This document shows, one piece after another, positions 1 to 10,064 of a stretch of DNA of 64,000 bases (positions within the stretch are counted from its first letter, which is position 1; every line of letters begins with the position of its first letter). The stretch covers positions 144,985 through 208,984 of the forward strand of contig CAVVRY010000019.1 of the NCBI GenBank assembly GCA_963750735.1. Direction: 5' to 3'. Under the pieces are notes generated by a model. That model saw nothing but the letters and a program-made list of their open reading frames with translations. It had not been told where the DNA came from and ran no database searches. The position numbers and the translations under genes were made by a program. Origin of the DNA: an uncultured Bacteroidales bacterium. GTDB lineage: Bacteria > Bacteroidota > Bacteroidia > Bacteroidales > VadinHA17.

Positions 1-34
1 AATAAAAAAAAGCAAAAAAGATTCCTTTTTTGCT
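1..34 (-). terminator. Rho-independent terminator for the 60..308 gene
   Basis: Perfect 10-bp inverted repeat agcaaaaaag (11-20) / cttttttgct (25-34) with a 4-nt loop. On the minus strand it is followed by a T-run (complement of 3-10). Confidence 0.65.
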
Positions 35-59
35 TTTATAAATAATTGTGTACTGGTAT

Positions 60-308
60 TTAATTTGATTCTGACATCTCTCTTGCAATATCTAGAATTG
101 TAGTATCATCAAGAATAACAATTCCACCATCAGGGCCTTGCTCAATATGGATCCCAACACTTTCACCTTTACTGTAATTAGAACCTCCAAAATAATTTCT
201 TACAGTTTCAACATTCAAATCAAGTTTTTCAGCTATCCTGTGCATACTCCCATCAGGCAATTGATCTTTAATTTTTCGCAACTCATTAAAAGTAATTGTT
301 TTAGTCAT
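60..308 (-). CDS. Small putative helix-turn-helix DNA-binding protein (82 aa), family not recognised
   Basis: ORF track. The segment MHRIAEKLDLNVETVRNYF looks like an HTH. The gene is followed by a strong terminator. Confidence 0.5.
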   Translation of the reverse strand: MTKTITFNELRKIKDQLPDGSMHRIAEKLDLNVETVRNYFGGSNYSKGESVGIHIEQGPDGGIVILDDTTILDIAREMSESN

Positions 309-611
309 ATCTTTCTATTTATTTGGATAAAATTAAACTGCCTTGTAAAGATAATGAATTTTAAGAAAAGAATAATCATAATTAAGTCATTTTGAGACAA
401 GATAAATCAATACCTGGAACAGTTTTACACTTTTCCAAACTGAAACCTTGGTTGCTAAATGCTTGCAAATAAGTATTATAATTATATTATTTTATTTATA
501 GAGGATTGTTTTCTTATAATTTGTGCCACAAAAGTTAAAAAGAGTTAAAAGCTGGTTATGTAAAATAGAAATTCATCAAATAATGTAATTATATTGAAAA
601 AGCCAGCATTT

Positions 612-2027
612 TTAAGTACTTTCATGACTAATCACATATACCTGCCCTGCTTCATCCCTGGTTACTTTAATTTCTTCACCCGAATTAATAAAACCTACCT
701 CTGAAATTGCATCAAATATTTCACCATCCACTTCAACTTTACCTGATGGCCTTAGAATTGTGATGGCCTTCCCAATCTTACCTATTTTCTTTTTTTGAGT
801 GGCTGCATCAACTCCAACAAATCCTAATTCTTTGTCCTGAATTGAATACAGGGCAAATTTTAAGCGCTTTGATCCAAATAACTGCTTGGTTAAAATTAAT
901 GAAATAGTTAGGGATAAAAATATAGACACCATTACTATGAATAGTGCTTTTACTGTAGCTTCTATAGCAAGTTTCATATCCAATTGAAAGACAATATTAT
1001 CAACCATACTTAATGTTAGTCCGGTAATCAAGAGAATGACCCCACTTATGCCCGCTACCCCAAACCCCGGAATAGCAAATATTTCTACAGCTATAAGGAT
1101 TAGGCCAACAAAAAATAAAATCAACTCCCAATTAGCAACAAGCCCTTCAACATAAAGTGGTGCAAAATATAAAACTGCAGCGAAGATTGCTGCCCCCAGT
1201 GGAAAACCAATTCCCGGGGATTGTAATTCGTAGTAAATTCCTCCAACAATAACCATTATAAGGAGTCCTGAAATTATCGGCGAAACCAAAAAGTGAATGA
1301 TCTTGTCAGTCGTTGAAGGGACATATTCTTTTAGCTCGTAACTTTCAATCCCAGCTAATTCAAGAACTTCTTGAATATTTTCTGCTTTTCCCTCACAATA
1401 GCCCACCGCAATTGCTTCATCAGCAGTCAAAGTCAATACTTTTCCAGTATCACTTAAATTTTCAATATAAACGGAGGGATCAACCATTGCTTCAGCAATT
1501 TTTGGATCACGATACCATTTATAAATTGTATCATTGCCCTGAATTAAGGTATCCTTGCCATGAGTTTCTGCTGTGGATCGCATAGTTGATCGCATAAATG
1601 ATTGGAATTTATCCGGAACTTGCTGACCAGATTGATTAACCACTGTAGCTGCTCCAATACTGGCACCGGGTCTCATATATATTCGGTCACACGCAATGGA
1701 TATCAATGCTCCGGCAGAAGCAGCGTTATTATCAACAAAAACATAGGTAGGTATATCACAATTTAGAATTCGAGTGCGAATAGAATCGGCAGAAGTAACA
1801 AGACCACCATAAGTATTCATATGTATTATTATATAGTCAGCTCCCAAAGAACTGGCCTCTTCCATACTTTTTTTTGTTATTCTCCATACAGGTTCCGCAA
1901 TTTCTTTTTTAATATCAAACTTGTATACCAAAACTTTCTCACTAGAACTACTGCCATCCTGGCCAAATAAGCTTAAAGGCAAAAGCGCTATGGCAATAAT
2001 TGAAATAAATTTTGAGAATTTTGACAT
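612..2027 (-). CDS. NfeD-family membrane-bound serine protease, long form (ClpP-like domain, TM block, C-terminal NfeD/OB domain)
   Basis: 471-aa ORF with a signal/TM N-terminus. ClpP-class stretches IIHMNTYGGLVTSADSIRTRI and NNAASAGALISIACDRIYM. Central block of hydrophobic helices. C-terminal GKAITILRPSGKVEVDGEIFDAISE. Confidence 0.8.
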   Translation of the reverse strand: MSKFSKFISIIAIALLPLSLFGQDGSSSSEKVLVYKFDIKKEIAEPVWRITKKSMEEASSLGADYIIIHMNTYGGLVTSADSIRTRILNCDIPTYVFVDNNAASAGALISIACDRIYMRPGASIGAATVVNQSGQQVPDKFQSFMRSTMRSTAETHGKDTLIQGNDTIYKWYRDPKIAEAMVDPSVYIENLSDTGKVLTLTADEAIAVGYCEGKAENIQEVLELAGIESYELKEYVPSTTDKIIHFLVSPIISGLLIMVIVGGIYYELQSPGIGFPLGAAIFAAVLYFAPLYVEGLVANWELILFFVGLILIAVEIFAIPGFGVAGISGVILLITGLTLSMVDNIVFQLDMKLAIEATVKALFIVMVSIFLSLTISLILTKQLFGSKRLKFALYSIQDKELGFVGVDAATQKKKIGKIGKAITILRPSGKVEVDGEIFDAISEVGFINSGEEIKVTRDEAGQVYVISHEST

Positions 2028-2033
2028 GGTTAT

Positions 2034-2792
2034 TTATTTTAAGTCATTAACTAAATTCAGAAACAGATCCAAACCCTTTCTTTTCTTGTCATCCAGTATA
2101 TAGCTTATATCATTTGACAAGTATTCAAATAATTCAGGTTTTTCGAGTGCAGAATTATCCGGAATTTCATTCACTGCCTTCATCATATTATTTACTCCGT
2201 ATTGCAACGCCTTGTTAAATTTACTCAAAAAATTAGATTCTATATGTTTATTTGATGTCCAAGTTGCAAAAACAAAAGGTAAACCGGTAAATAAATACCA
2301 TTGTTCCGATAGATCAAAACAATACTTATAATTTTTACTCATTCTGAAAGATCTGTCACCAATTACCACACCAGCTTGTTTTTCACTCAAAGGAGTTTTT
2401 TCATATCCGGGAGATGCATTTATCCAATTGACCTCAATATTCCAGTAATTTTTAGCCAATATTTTTGCCAGCAAAACGGAAGTTCTTGATTGATAATCAA
2501 GCATAATTGTATTTATCTGGTTTATCTTGGTATTACTGTATAAAATGACTGATTTTACTTTGCCAACCGACCCTATGCAAAAATCGGAAATAATGTTATT
2601 GTAGCCAATTTGTGGGAGAATTGCTACCGGAACGAGCCCAATATCAGCTTTATCTTTTATAAGTTTTTCTGCACAAACAGAAGGATTATCTAATGTAAGC
2701 TCTATTTGATCAAGTATCTCGTGGTTTTTAAGTCCATAAATAAATGGAATAGTGTTCAAATATGATACAGCGGATATTCTATATTTATTCAT
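2034..2792 (-). CDS. mqnA: MqnA/MqnD-family menaquinone (futalosine pathway) enzyme, probably chorismate dehydratase MqnA
   Basis: 252-aa ORF. The N-terminus RISAVSYLNTIPFIYGL and the overall length are typical of MqnA. It lies 6 nt upstream of nfeD. Confidence 0.7.
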   Translation of the reverse strand: MNKYRISAVSYLNTIPFIYGLKNHEILDQIELTLDNPSVCAEKLIKDKADIGLVPVAILPQIGYNNIISDFCIGSVGKVKSVILYSNTKINQINTIMLDYQSRTSVLLAKILAKNYWNIEVNWINASPGYEKTPLSEKQAGVVIGDRSFRMSKNYKYCFDLSEQWYLFTGLPFVFATWTSNKHIESNFLSKFNKALQYGVNNMMKAVNEIPDNSALEKPELFEYLSNDISYILDDKKRKGLDLFLNLVNDLK

Positions 2793-3049
2793 CTAATAAC
2801 TAGTGCCTTAATTTTATTAAAATTGATCAGCGTTTAGGTAGTGTATCCAAAAAGCCAATTGATTTGGTGGGTTGAAATTACAAAAAACATTAATTCTTCC
2901 CGGGTGTTTCACAAAATAATATATCAGAGGTCATAGGCTAATTCAATTTTATGAATAATTGATATTATATAACTTTCCTATTATGTAGCGATGATAAATT
3001 TTCATATTAAAATACATACCTTTGTATTCGCTGCAATAACGGGACAATT

Positions 3050-4411
3050 ATGGATACAAATTTTTTAAATGCCATTTCACCAGTGGATGGAAGGTATGCT
3101 GAAAAGGTAAAAAATCTATCTCCTTACTTTTCTGAAGCTTCATTATTTAAATACAGACTTCAAATTGAGGTTGAGTATTTCATTGCATTATGTACATTGC
3201 CATTGCCTCAATTGAGTGAATTTAAAAGAATTAACTTTATAAAATTGAGGGAGTTATATACAGATTTTCAATTGTCTTCAGCTAAGAGGATGAAGGATAT
3301 TGAAAAAACAACCAATCATGATGTTAAAGCCGTAGAATATTATCTGAAAGAGAAATTTGATGAACTTGGAATTTCTGATTATAAAGAATTTATTCATTTT
3401 GGGTTAACATCACAAGATATTAATAATACTGCTGTTCCGAAGTTGTTTTTTGATTCTCTTCACGAAATTTACATCCCACTGCTGGAAGATTTGATTTTAA
3501 AGATGAAGACACTTTCACGGGATTGGAAGTCCGTTTCAATGCTGGCTAGAACACATGGGCAACCAGCTTCTCCAACTACTTTAGGCAAAGAATTTTTGGT
3601 TTTTGTTGATCGCCTGGAAAACCAATTAGGCACTCTTCTTTTAATTCCCAAATCCTCAAAATTTGGAGGTGCTACAGGTAACTTTAATGCACATGTTGCA
3701 ACTTACCCTGATATTAACTGGATAGAATTCGCTGATAATTTTGTTAATGAAACCCTTGGCCTTTACCGTTCAAAAATCACAACTCAAATTGAACATTATG
3801 ATTTTTTGGCTTCTGCTTTTGATAACCTCAGGAGAATAAATACCATTTTAATTGATTTTGATCGGGATATCTGGACCTATATTTCAATGGACTACTTCAA
3901 GCAAAAAATAAAAAAAGGAGAAATCGGTTCATCTGCAATGCCACATAAAGTTAATCCTATTGATTTTGAGAATTCAGAAGGAAACCTTGGGATGGCAAAT
4001 GCGATATTTGACTTTCTAGCAAATAAGCTACCTATTTCACGTTTACAGAGAGATTTAACTGATTCAACTGTATTAAGAAATATTGGAGTACCAATTGCCC
4101 ATACAATTATTGCTTTCAAGTCTACGATAAAAGGCCTGAATAAACTCCTAATTAACCAGGAAAAAATATATGCTGACCTTGAAAATAACTGGAGTGTGGT
4201 TGCTGAAGCTATTCAAAATATTTTAAGACGGGAAGGATACCCTAATCCATATGAAACACTATTAACCCTAACAAGAAAGAATACTTTTGTAGATAAGGAG
4301 ACCATTACTAACTTTATAAAAGAACTTTCAGTATCTGAGAAAGTTAAAAAGGAGATGTTAAATATTACACCCTTGAATTATACTGGAATTACTGACTACG
4401 ACCCTCTCTAG
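3050..4411 (+). CDS. purB: Adenylosuccinate lyase
   Basis: 453 aa. N-terminus LNAISPVDGRYAEKV and fumarate-lyase signature GSSAMPHKVNPIDFENSEGN. Confidence 0.95.
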   Translation: MDTNFLNAISPVDGRYAEKVKNLSPYFSEASLFKYRLQIEVEYFIALCTLPLPQLSEFKRINFIKLRELYTDFQLSSAKRMKDIEKTTNHDVKAVEYYLKEKFDELGISDYKEFIHFGLTSQDINNTAVPKLFFDSLHEIYIPLLEDLILKMKTLSRDWKSVSMLARTHGQPASPTTLGKEFLVFVDRLENQLGTLLLIPKSSKFGGATGNFNAHVATYPDINWIEFADNFVNETLGLYRSKITTQIEHYDFLASAFDNLRRINTILIDFDRDIWTYISMDYFKQKIKKGEIGSSAMPHKVNPIDFENSEGNLGMANAIFDFLANKLPISRLQRDLTDSTVLRNIGVPIAHTIIAFKSTIKGLNKLLINQEKIYADLENNWSVVAEAIQNILRREGYPNPYETLLTLTRKNTFVDKETITNFIKELSVSEKVKKEMLNITPLNYTGITDYDPL

Positions 4412-4420
4412 GATATAATA

Positions 4421-6241
4421 ATGAAACAATTTCTCTCCGTACTATCTTATATTAAACCTTATTGGAAGCATGCATTTCTGAATGTTTTGTTTAATGTTTT
4501 AGCTGCAATTTTTGCCCTGTTTTCATTTTCTATGGCTATACCTTTTCTTGGAATTCTTTTCGAAACACAGAATCCTGCCATTGAGAAAGTACCTCTTGAA
4601 TTCTCTATGGAATCAATAATGGCAAATGTTAATTATTTTCTAACACAAATTATTGTAATTCATGGAAAAGCCACGGCTTTGTTATATGTAAGCATTGCAG
4701 TAATAATTGTTACCTTTTTGAAAACCGGCTCTGTATACCTGGCAAATTATTTCATTGTACCTGTAAGGACTGGAGTTGAAAAAGATATTAGAAATAAAAT
4801 TTTCCGAAAAATTTTAAAACTTCCACTAGCATATTATACTGAAGCCAGGAAAGGGGACATCATTTCAAGAATTTCAACAGATGTTAAGGAGGTTGAAATA
4901 TCGATTATGAGTTCTCTTGAAATGCTTTTTAGAGATCCTGCTACAATTATTATTTTCCTTATATCAATGTTTTTGATGAGTTATCAGCTCACGCTGTTGG
5001 TCCTGATCTTATTGCCCATCAGTGGGTTTTTTATTGGCCGTCTGGGTAAAAAATTAAAAACCACCTCATTTAAGGGACAAAAGAAGATGGGATTCTTATT
5101 ATCTGTTATTGAAGAGTCTCTTTCTGGATTGAGAATTATTAAAGCTTTTAATGCGGAGGATTACTTTATAACCAGGTTTCTAAAAACCAATGATACATAT
5201 ACCTGGTTGCAGAGAAAAATTCATAGGAGAAGGTATTTAGCCAGTCCTATGAGTGAATTTTCCGGAACCTTAATTATGATGATATTAATGTACTATGGAG
5301 GTCGGATTGTCCTGGTAGGAGATTCGAGTTTGCCACCGGAAGTATTTATCACATTTATTATTGTCTTTTCGCAAATAATTAACCCGGCGAAAAGCTTATC
5401 AGCTGCCTATTTCAATATTCAAAAAGGGCTGGCTTCAATAGATCGAATAAATGGAGTGCTAAATGCACAGGAAACTATAGTTGAGAAGAAGGATGCAATT
5501 TCTATTTCAGAATTCAAAGACAATATCAAATATGAAAATGTATATTTCAAATATAATACAGAGCCTGTTTTAAAAAATATTAACCTGGAAATAAAAAAAG
5601 GTCAAACAATTGCACTTGTTGGGCAATCAGGAGGAGGGAAATCAACCCTGGCAGATTTGCTTCCCAGATTTATTGATCCTGAATCAGGAAGCCTTCAGAT
5701 TGATGGAATAAATATCGATCAGTTTAAGGTAACTGATTTAAGGCATTTGATGGGAATTGTTACGCAGGAACCAATACTTTTTAATGATACTTTTTTTAAT
5801 AATATAGCATTTGGACTTTCTGATATTAGTGAAGAAATGGTTGTAAACGCAGCAAAGGTGGCAAATGCACATGATTTTATAATTGAAACACCAATGGGCT
5901 ATCAGGCCAACATTGGAGAGCGAGGGAGTAAGCTTTCGGGAGGACAAAGACAAAGAATAAGTATAGCTCGTGCCCTTCTTAAAAATCCCCCAATTCTAAT
6001 TCTTGATGAGGCTACTTCTTCACTTGATACTGAGTCTGAAAAATTAGTTCAGGATGCCATTATAAAATTAATGGAAAACCGGACTTCCATTATTATTGCA
6101 CACAGACTGTCAACCATTAAAAATGCAAATGAGATTTGTGTAATTCAGGATGGGGAAATTATTGAGAGAGGCCGGCATAAGGACCTAATTGCCAGAAAAG
6201 GACATTATTATATCTTACACAAACTTCAGGCATCGGATTAA
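4421..6241 (+). CDS. ABC exporter, fused permease/ATPase (MsbA-like)
   Basis: 606 aa with an N-terminal 6-TM domain. Walker A GQSGGGKST, signature LSGGQRQRISIARA, Walker B ILILDEATS. Starts 9 nt after purB. Confidence 0.9.
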   Translation: MKQFLSVLSYIKPYWKHAFLNVLFNVLAAIFALFSFSMAIPFLGILFETQNPAIEKVPLEFSMESIMANVNYFLTQIIVIHGKATALLYVSIAVIIVTFLKTGSVYLANYFIVPVRTGVEKDIRNKIFRKILKLPLAYYTEARKGDIISRISTDVKEVEISIMSSLEMLFRDPATIIIFLISMFLMSYQLTLLVLILLPISGFFIGRLGKKLKTTSFKGQKKMGFLLSVIEESLSGLRIIKAFNAEDYFITRFLKTNDTYTWLQRKIHRRRYLASPMSEFSGTLIMMILMYYGGRIVLVGDSSLPPEVFITFIIVFSQIINPAKSLSAAYFNIQKGLASIDRINGVLNAQETIVEKKDAISISEFKDNIKYENVYFKYNTEPVLKNINLEIKKGQTIALVGQSGGGKSTLADLLPRFIDPESGSLQIDGINIDQFKVTDLRHLMGIVTQEPILFNDTFFNNIAFGLSDISEEMVVNAAKVANAHDFIIETPMGYQANIGERGSKLSGGQRQRISIARALLKNPPILILDEATSSLDTESEKLVQDAIIKLMENRTSIIIAHRLSTIKNANEICVIQDGEIIERGRHKDLIARKGHYYILHKLQASD

Positions 6242-6504
6242 TGGTTAATCCTTGGCCCAAGGTCGTCATGGTTAAGATTTTCTGCTCAGATAAGGCATAT
6301 CAACAGCTCTCATTCCAAAAACAAAGGAGTTAAGAATAATTTGCACCAGAATCTTTAAACTCTTTTCTGGAAAGAGATATTATTTGACGATCCAATTAGG
6401 CAAGATACCTTGCAATCCAAATTAATCCCTTTTTAGTTGCTCTTATAAAGTTTTTCATATCATCTGTGCTTTCCCAGGCAAGTCTGACTCTACAATCTAA
6501 AAAC

Positions 6505-6529
6505 AAAAAACCCGCAGTTTGTCTGCGGG
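6505..6529 (-). terminator. Rho-independent terminator downstream of tRNA-Ser
   Basis: Stem cccgcag (6511-6517) / ctgcggg (6523-6529) with a 5-nt loop. On the minus strand it is followed by TTTTTT (complement of 6505-6510). Confidence 0.75.
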
Positions 6530-6543
6530 CTTAATTAGTTTTG

Positions 6544-6628
6544 CGGAGAAAGAGGGATTCGAACCCCCGGTACCTTGCGGTACAACGGTTTTCAAGACCG
6601 CCGCATTCGACCACTCTGCCATTTCTCC
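6544..6628 (-). tRNA. tRNA-Ser (anticodon UGA)
   Basis: The reverse complement reads GGAGAAATGGCAGAGTGG...GGTCTTGAAAACC...GTACCGCAAGGTAC...GGTTCGAATCC...TTTCTCCG. It has a 7-bp acceptor stem, anticodon loop CU-UGA-AA, a long variable arm (class II) and a TTCGAAT T-loop. CCA is not encoded. Confidence 0.9.
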
Positions 6629-6639
6629 AAAATCAGCTG

Positions 6640-6647
6640 CAAAAATA
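6640..6647 (-). promoter_or_regulatory. Bacteroidota-type -7 promoter box (TATTTTTG) for tRNA-Ser
   Basis: The minus strand reads TATTTTTG, matching TAnnTTTG, 11 nt upstream of the tRNA 5' end. Confidence 0.4.
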
Positions 6648-6837
6648 TGAAATATTTTGATTTTTTGTAGATTTCATAAGGTTTTTAACAATTTTTTTTC
6701 AAATGTTAAAAAAAAGTCAAAATCCACTATATTTAACCTAATGCACAATAAATGAGAATATTAGATGTTCTGTGATGTGTTTTTCTTCAAAATCGACCTT
6801 AAATCCCCCTTTTTTTTTAGGATTTTTTTTTGCAAAA

Positions 6838-6868
6838 TTTGCTAAAACCTAGAAATAGTCTATATTTG
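6838..6868 (+). promoter_or_regulatory. Bacteroidota-type promoter (-33 TTTG / -7 TATATTTG) for the HU gene
   Basis: TTTG at 6838-6841, a 19-nt spacer, then TATATTTG at 6861-6868. T-rich tracts lie upstream. Confidence 0.5.
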
Positions 6869-6922
6869 TAGAGGTTTGACAATCTAAAAAAATGAATTAC
6901 TAACCCAAAAGTTTTTATTATT

Positions 6923-7192
6923 ATGAACAAAGCTGAATTAATTAATGAGATTGCTGATCAGGCTAATTTATCAAAAGCTGATGCAAAAAGAGCTCTTGAC
7001 GCATTTGTAGGTGCAACAACTGGTGCACTTAAAAAAGGTGACCGTGTAGCTTTAGTTGGCTTTGGTTCTTTCTCCGTTTCAAAAAGGAATGAAAGAACTG
7101 GACGTAATCCTCAAACAGGTGCGCCTATCAAAATTAAGGCTAAGAATGTTGTTAAATTCAAAGCTGGAAGTGAACTATCTGACACAGTTTAG
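6923..7192 (+). CDS. hup: HU-family DNA-binding protein
   Basis: 89 aa: MNKAELINEIA...GDRVALVGFGSFSVSKRNERTGRNPQTGAPIKIKAKNVVKFKAG, a canonical HU/IHF fold sequence. Confidence 0.95.
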   Translation: MNKAELINEIADQANLSKADAKRALDAFVGATTGALKKGDRVALVGFGSFSVSKRNERTGRNPQTGAPIKIKAKNVVKFKAGSELSDTV

Positions 7193-7215
7193 TAAGAAAT
7201 TTCATTGAATTTATA

Positions 7216-7242
7216 GGGAGTGCTTTTGTGCTCCCTTTTTTT
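7216..7242 (+). terminator. Rho-independent terminator after hup
   Basis: Stem gggagtgc / gtgctccc (two G-U pairs) with loop tttt, followed by T7 (7236-7242). Confidence 0.7.
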
Positions 7243-7276
7243 ATTTCTTACATTTCAATTTGAAGTATTTTGCGAT

Positions 7277-7960
7277 ATGAAAAAGTCGTTAATTGACCAC
7301 CTTTCCAATTTTGTTACTGATAGGAGGATGAGCTTATTTGAGCAAATTTTGAATGATAGAACCAGGTATATAACGGTTGTACTTGAAGATATTTACCAGT
7401 CTCATAATGCCAGTGCTGTACTTAGAAGTTGTGATGTGTTTGGTATTCAGGATGTTCATATTATTGAAAATAAAAATAAGTATACTGTAAATCCTGATGT
7501 AACCTTGGGATCAGATAAATGGTTAAACATTACTAAATACAGTTCTGGTGAGGACAATACTGAAGAAGCTATAAACAAAATTAGATCCCAAGGCTATAGG
7601 ATCATAGCTGCAACACCTCATGATAAATCAGTCCCACTTAAGAATTTTGATTTGAAAAATGGTAAAGTTGCACTTGTTTTCGGTACAGAATTAAGAGGCC
7701 TTTCTGAAGAAGTACTTAAAAATTCTGATGAATTCGTTCATATCCCAATGTTTGGCTTTACTGAAAGTTTAAATATTTCTGTTTCGGTAGCAATAATTTT
7801 ACATTCTTTGTCTGAAGAATTGAGAAAACTAAATATCAATTGGCAATTAAGCCAAAAAGAGAAGGATTTAATTCTTAGAAACTGGTTAATGAGATCGATA
7901 AATAAATCTGAACTTATTGAAAAAAAATTCAATAGCGAAAACTTAAATGAAATTTTGTGA
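7277..7960 (+). CDS. trmH: SpoU-family tRNA 2'-O-methyltransferase (TrmH-like)
   Basis: The ORF track starts at 7220, but that extension overlaps the hup terminator, so the ATG at 7277 (MKKSLIDHL) is preferred. Motifs ITVVLEDIYQSHNASAVLRSCDVFG and GFTESLNISVSVAII (SpoU knot). Confidence 0.8.
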   Translation: MKKSLIDHLSNFVTDRRMSLFEQILNDRTRYITVVLEDIYQSHNASAVLRSCDVFGIQDVHIIENKNKYTVNPDVTLGSDKWLNITKYSSGEDNTEEAINKIRSQGYRIIAATPHDKSVPLKNFDLKNGKVALVFGTELRGLSEEVLKNSDEFVHIPMFGFTESLNISVSVAIILHSLSEELRKLNINWQLSQKEKDLILRNWLMRSINKSELIEKKFNSENLNEIL

Positions 7961-8081
7961 GAAAATTCTTTTATTTCGCTAGAGTTTTAATATTAAAGAA
8001 AAATGTATATATTTGATTAATATCAAATTTCCATTGATGAACAATGGAAACTTGGAAGTGAATACAGAAAATAATTAGGAA

Positions 8082-8789
8082 ATGAATTGCATAATTGTAG
8101 ACGACGATAAACTTTCAATCAAGGTGTTGGAGGAATATCTTATTAAAACCGAGGGTATTGACAACCTGGGTTCTTTTTGCAATGGAGTTGATGCTGCAAA
8201 TTTTTTATCAAAAAATGAGGAAGTAGATTTGGTTTTTCTTGATATTGAAATGCCTGAAATGAATGGTATTGATTTTTTGAGTAGCTTGGGAAGCCTTCCT
8301 CAGATAATAATTACCTCTTCAAAAGAAAAGTATGCTCTAAGTTCATATGATTTTGATGTAACCGATTACCTGTTAAAACCGATTAGCTATTCAAGGTTTT
8401 ATAAATCAATTGAAAAAGCTAAGAAACGCTTTTCACTTTCTGTGTTTAAGTTAGATGGTAAAGATGAAATATTTATTAAAAAGGGTTCCAATCTTATTAA
8501 GTTAAGGTTTAACGATATTTTGTGGATTGAAGCACTCGAAAACTATGTGATTTTAAATACTAGGAAAGATAAATACACCATACATTTCACAATGAAATCC
8601 ATTGAGAAAAAACTACCGAGTCCCATTTTTAGTAGAGTTCATAGGTCATTCATTGTAAATACCAAAAGTATTTCAATTATAAGGGATAATGCGCTTGAAA
8701 TTACCCATGGTCGCCACAATGAAACTATTCCGATTGGTAAATCATACAAAGAGAACCTTTTAAGGGATATAAATCTAATGACAAAGTAA
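8082..8789 (+). CDS. LytTR-family response regulator
   Basis: Receiver domain (IIVDDD, DLVFLDIEMPEMNG, DYLLKP) plus a LytTR DNA-binding domain (HRSFIVN). No histidine kinase is adjacent. Confidence 0.9.
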   Translation: MNCIIVDDDKLSIKVLEEYLIKTEGIDNLGSFCNGVDAANFLSKNEEVDLVFLDIEMPEMNGIDFLSSLGSLPQIIITSSKEKYALSSYDFDVTDYLLKPISYSRFYKSIEKAKKRFSLSVFKLDGKDEIFIKKGSNLIKLRFNDILWIEALENYVILNTRKDKYTIHFTMKSIEKKLPSPIFSRVHRSFIVNTKSISIIRDNALEITHGRHNETIPIGKSYKENLLRDINLMTK

Positions 8790-8823
8790 TCTCGAAATCT
8801 TTCGATTCTGCAAGTAAATTTGA

Positions 8824-10008
8824 ATGATCTCAGAACGTCAACTTTTCCTGAACCACGTTGCTCAAACATCTAGCTCTCCAATAATGCTCGAAATTGACCG
8901 AGCAGAAGGAGTTTATTTGATCTCAAGGGATGGAAAAAAATATATTGATCTGATTTCAGGTATTTCTGTTAGCAATCTAGGTCATAGTCATCCTGCAGTA
9001 ATTAAGGCTATAAATGACCAGGTGGCTAAACATATGCACTTAATGGTTTATGGTGAATATGTTCAAACTCCTCAGGTAAAATATGCCTCCCTCTTAACTC
9101 AACAATTACCTGACACACTTAATAATGTATATTTTGTGAATTCGGGTAGCGAAGCTATTGAAGGTGCTTTGAAGCTTGCGAAAAGATTTACAGGCAGGAG
9201 TGAAATTGTTTCATTCAAAAATGCATATCATGGAAGCACTCATGGAGCGTTAAGTGTGATGGGGAATGAGGAGTTTAAAAACTCATTCAGGCCATTGGTT
9301 CCAGGTGTTAAATTTCTAGAATTTAATAAAGTATCTGATATTGAGAGTATTACCAAAAGTACTGCATGTGTAATAATAGAGCCTGTCCAGGGAGAAGCTG
9401 GTATTGTGCTACCAATTGAAGGTTATCTACAAAAAATCAAGCAAAGATGTGATGAGGTAGGAGCTCTCCTGATATTTGATGAAATTCAGACAGGATTTGG
9501 ACGTACAGGTAAACTCTTTGCTTTTGAACAATATAATGTTGTACCCGATGTTTTTACCATTGCAAAAGCTATGGGGGGTGGGCTTCCCATTGGAGCATTT
9601 GTATCCTCTCAGGAGATAATGTCAGTATTTAAATCAAATCCGACCCTTGGGCATATTACCACTTTTGGTGGACATCCGGTTTCGTGTGCAGCTGCATTAG
9701 CTTCGCTAAGTACTTTGCTTGATAAAAAAATTATTGAATCGGTTCCCGTAAAAGAAAAACTACTCCGTTCGCTTTTAATCCATAAAAAAATTAAAGAAGT
9801 ACGAGGAAAAGGTTTGTTTTTTGCACTCGATCTTGGAGACGCTGATCTGGTTCAGAAACTAATCCAGGAGCTTCTGAGTGCTGGAATTGTGGTTGACTGG
9901 TTTTTATTTGATTCGAAATCCATTAGAATCGCACCTCCACTTATAATTTCTGAAGATCAGATTTACACCGCATGTAGTAAAATCCTAAAAGCGCTTGATT
10001 CAATCTAA
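8824..10008 (+). CDS. Class III PLP-dependent aminotransferase (acetylornithine/ornithine aminotransferase-like)
   Basis: 394 aa. Motifs [34 protein letters not shown] and TFGGHP. Confidence 0.85.
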   Translation: MISERQLFLNHVAQTSSSPIMLEIDRAEGVYLISRDGKKYIDLISGISVSNLGHSHPAVIKAINDQVAKHMHLMVYGEYVQTPQVKYASLLTQQLPDTLNNVYFVNSGSEAIEGALKLAKRFTGRSEIVSFKNAYHGSTHGALSVMGNEEFKNSFRPLVPGVKFLEFNKVSDIESITKSTACVIIEPVQGEAGIVLPIEGYLQKIKQRCDEVGALLIFDEIQTGFGRTGKLFAFEQYNVVPDVFTIAKAMGGGLPIGAFVSSQEIMSVFKSNPTLGHITTFGGHPVSCAAALASLSTLLDKKIIESVPVKEKLLRSLLIHKKIKEVRGKGLFFALDLGDADLVQKLIQELLSAGIVVDWFLFDSKSIRIAPPLIISEDQIYTACSKILKALDSI

Positions 10009-10064
10009 TACCTTAGTTTATTTTGCATTTTGTAATTTTGAAAATCATATGCAAATAATTTACC

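Noticed and set aside
6250-6266. Near-palindrome ccttggcccaagg just after the ABC transporter stop
   Set aside because: The loop is too short for a hairpin, there is no T-run, and it occurs only once. It is not interpretable as a terminator or operator.
6241-6543. 300-bp non-coding stretch next to the 3' end of tRNA-Ser as a possible integration scar or remnant of a mobile element
   Set aside because: All frames are closed. There is no integrase-like fragment, and I could not find a direct repeat of the tRNA 3' end. The only clear feature is the tRNA terminator hairpin.
7220-7276. N-terminal extension of the TrmH ORF (MLLCSLFLFLTFQFEVFCD)
   Set aside because: The extension is encoded by the hup terminator hairpin and its T-run. 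The ATG at 7277 gives a normal TrmH N-terminus.
8082-8789. Orphan LytTR response regulator as part of a novel signalling system
   Set aside because: Stand-alone LytTR regulators with the kinase encoded elsewhere are common in Bacteroidota, and nothing in the flanks (trmH, an aminotransferase) suggests a dedicated system.
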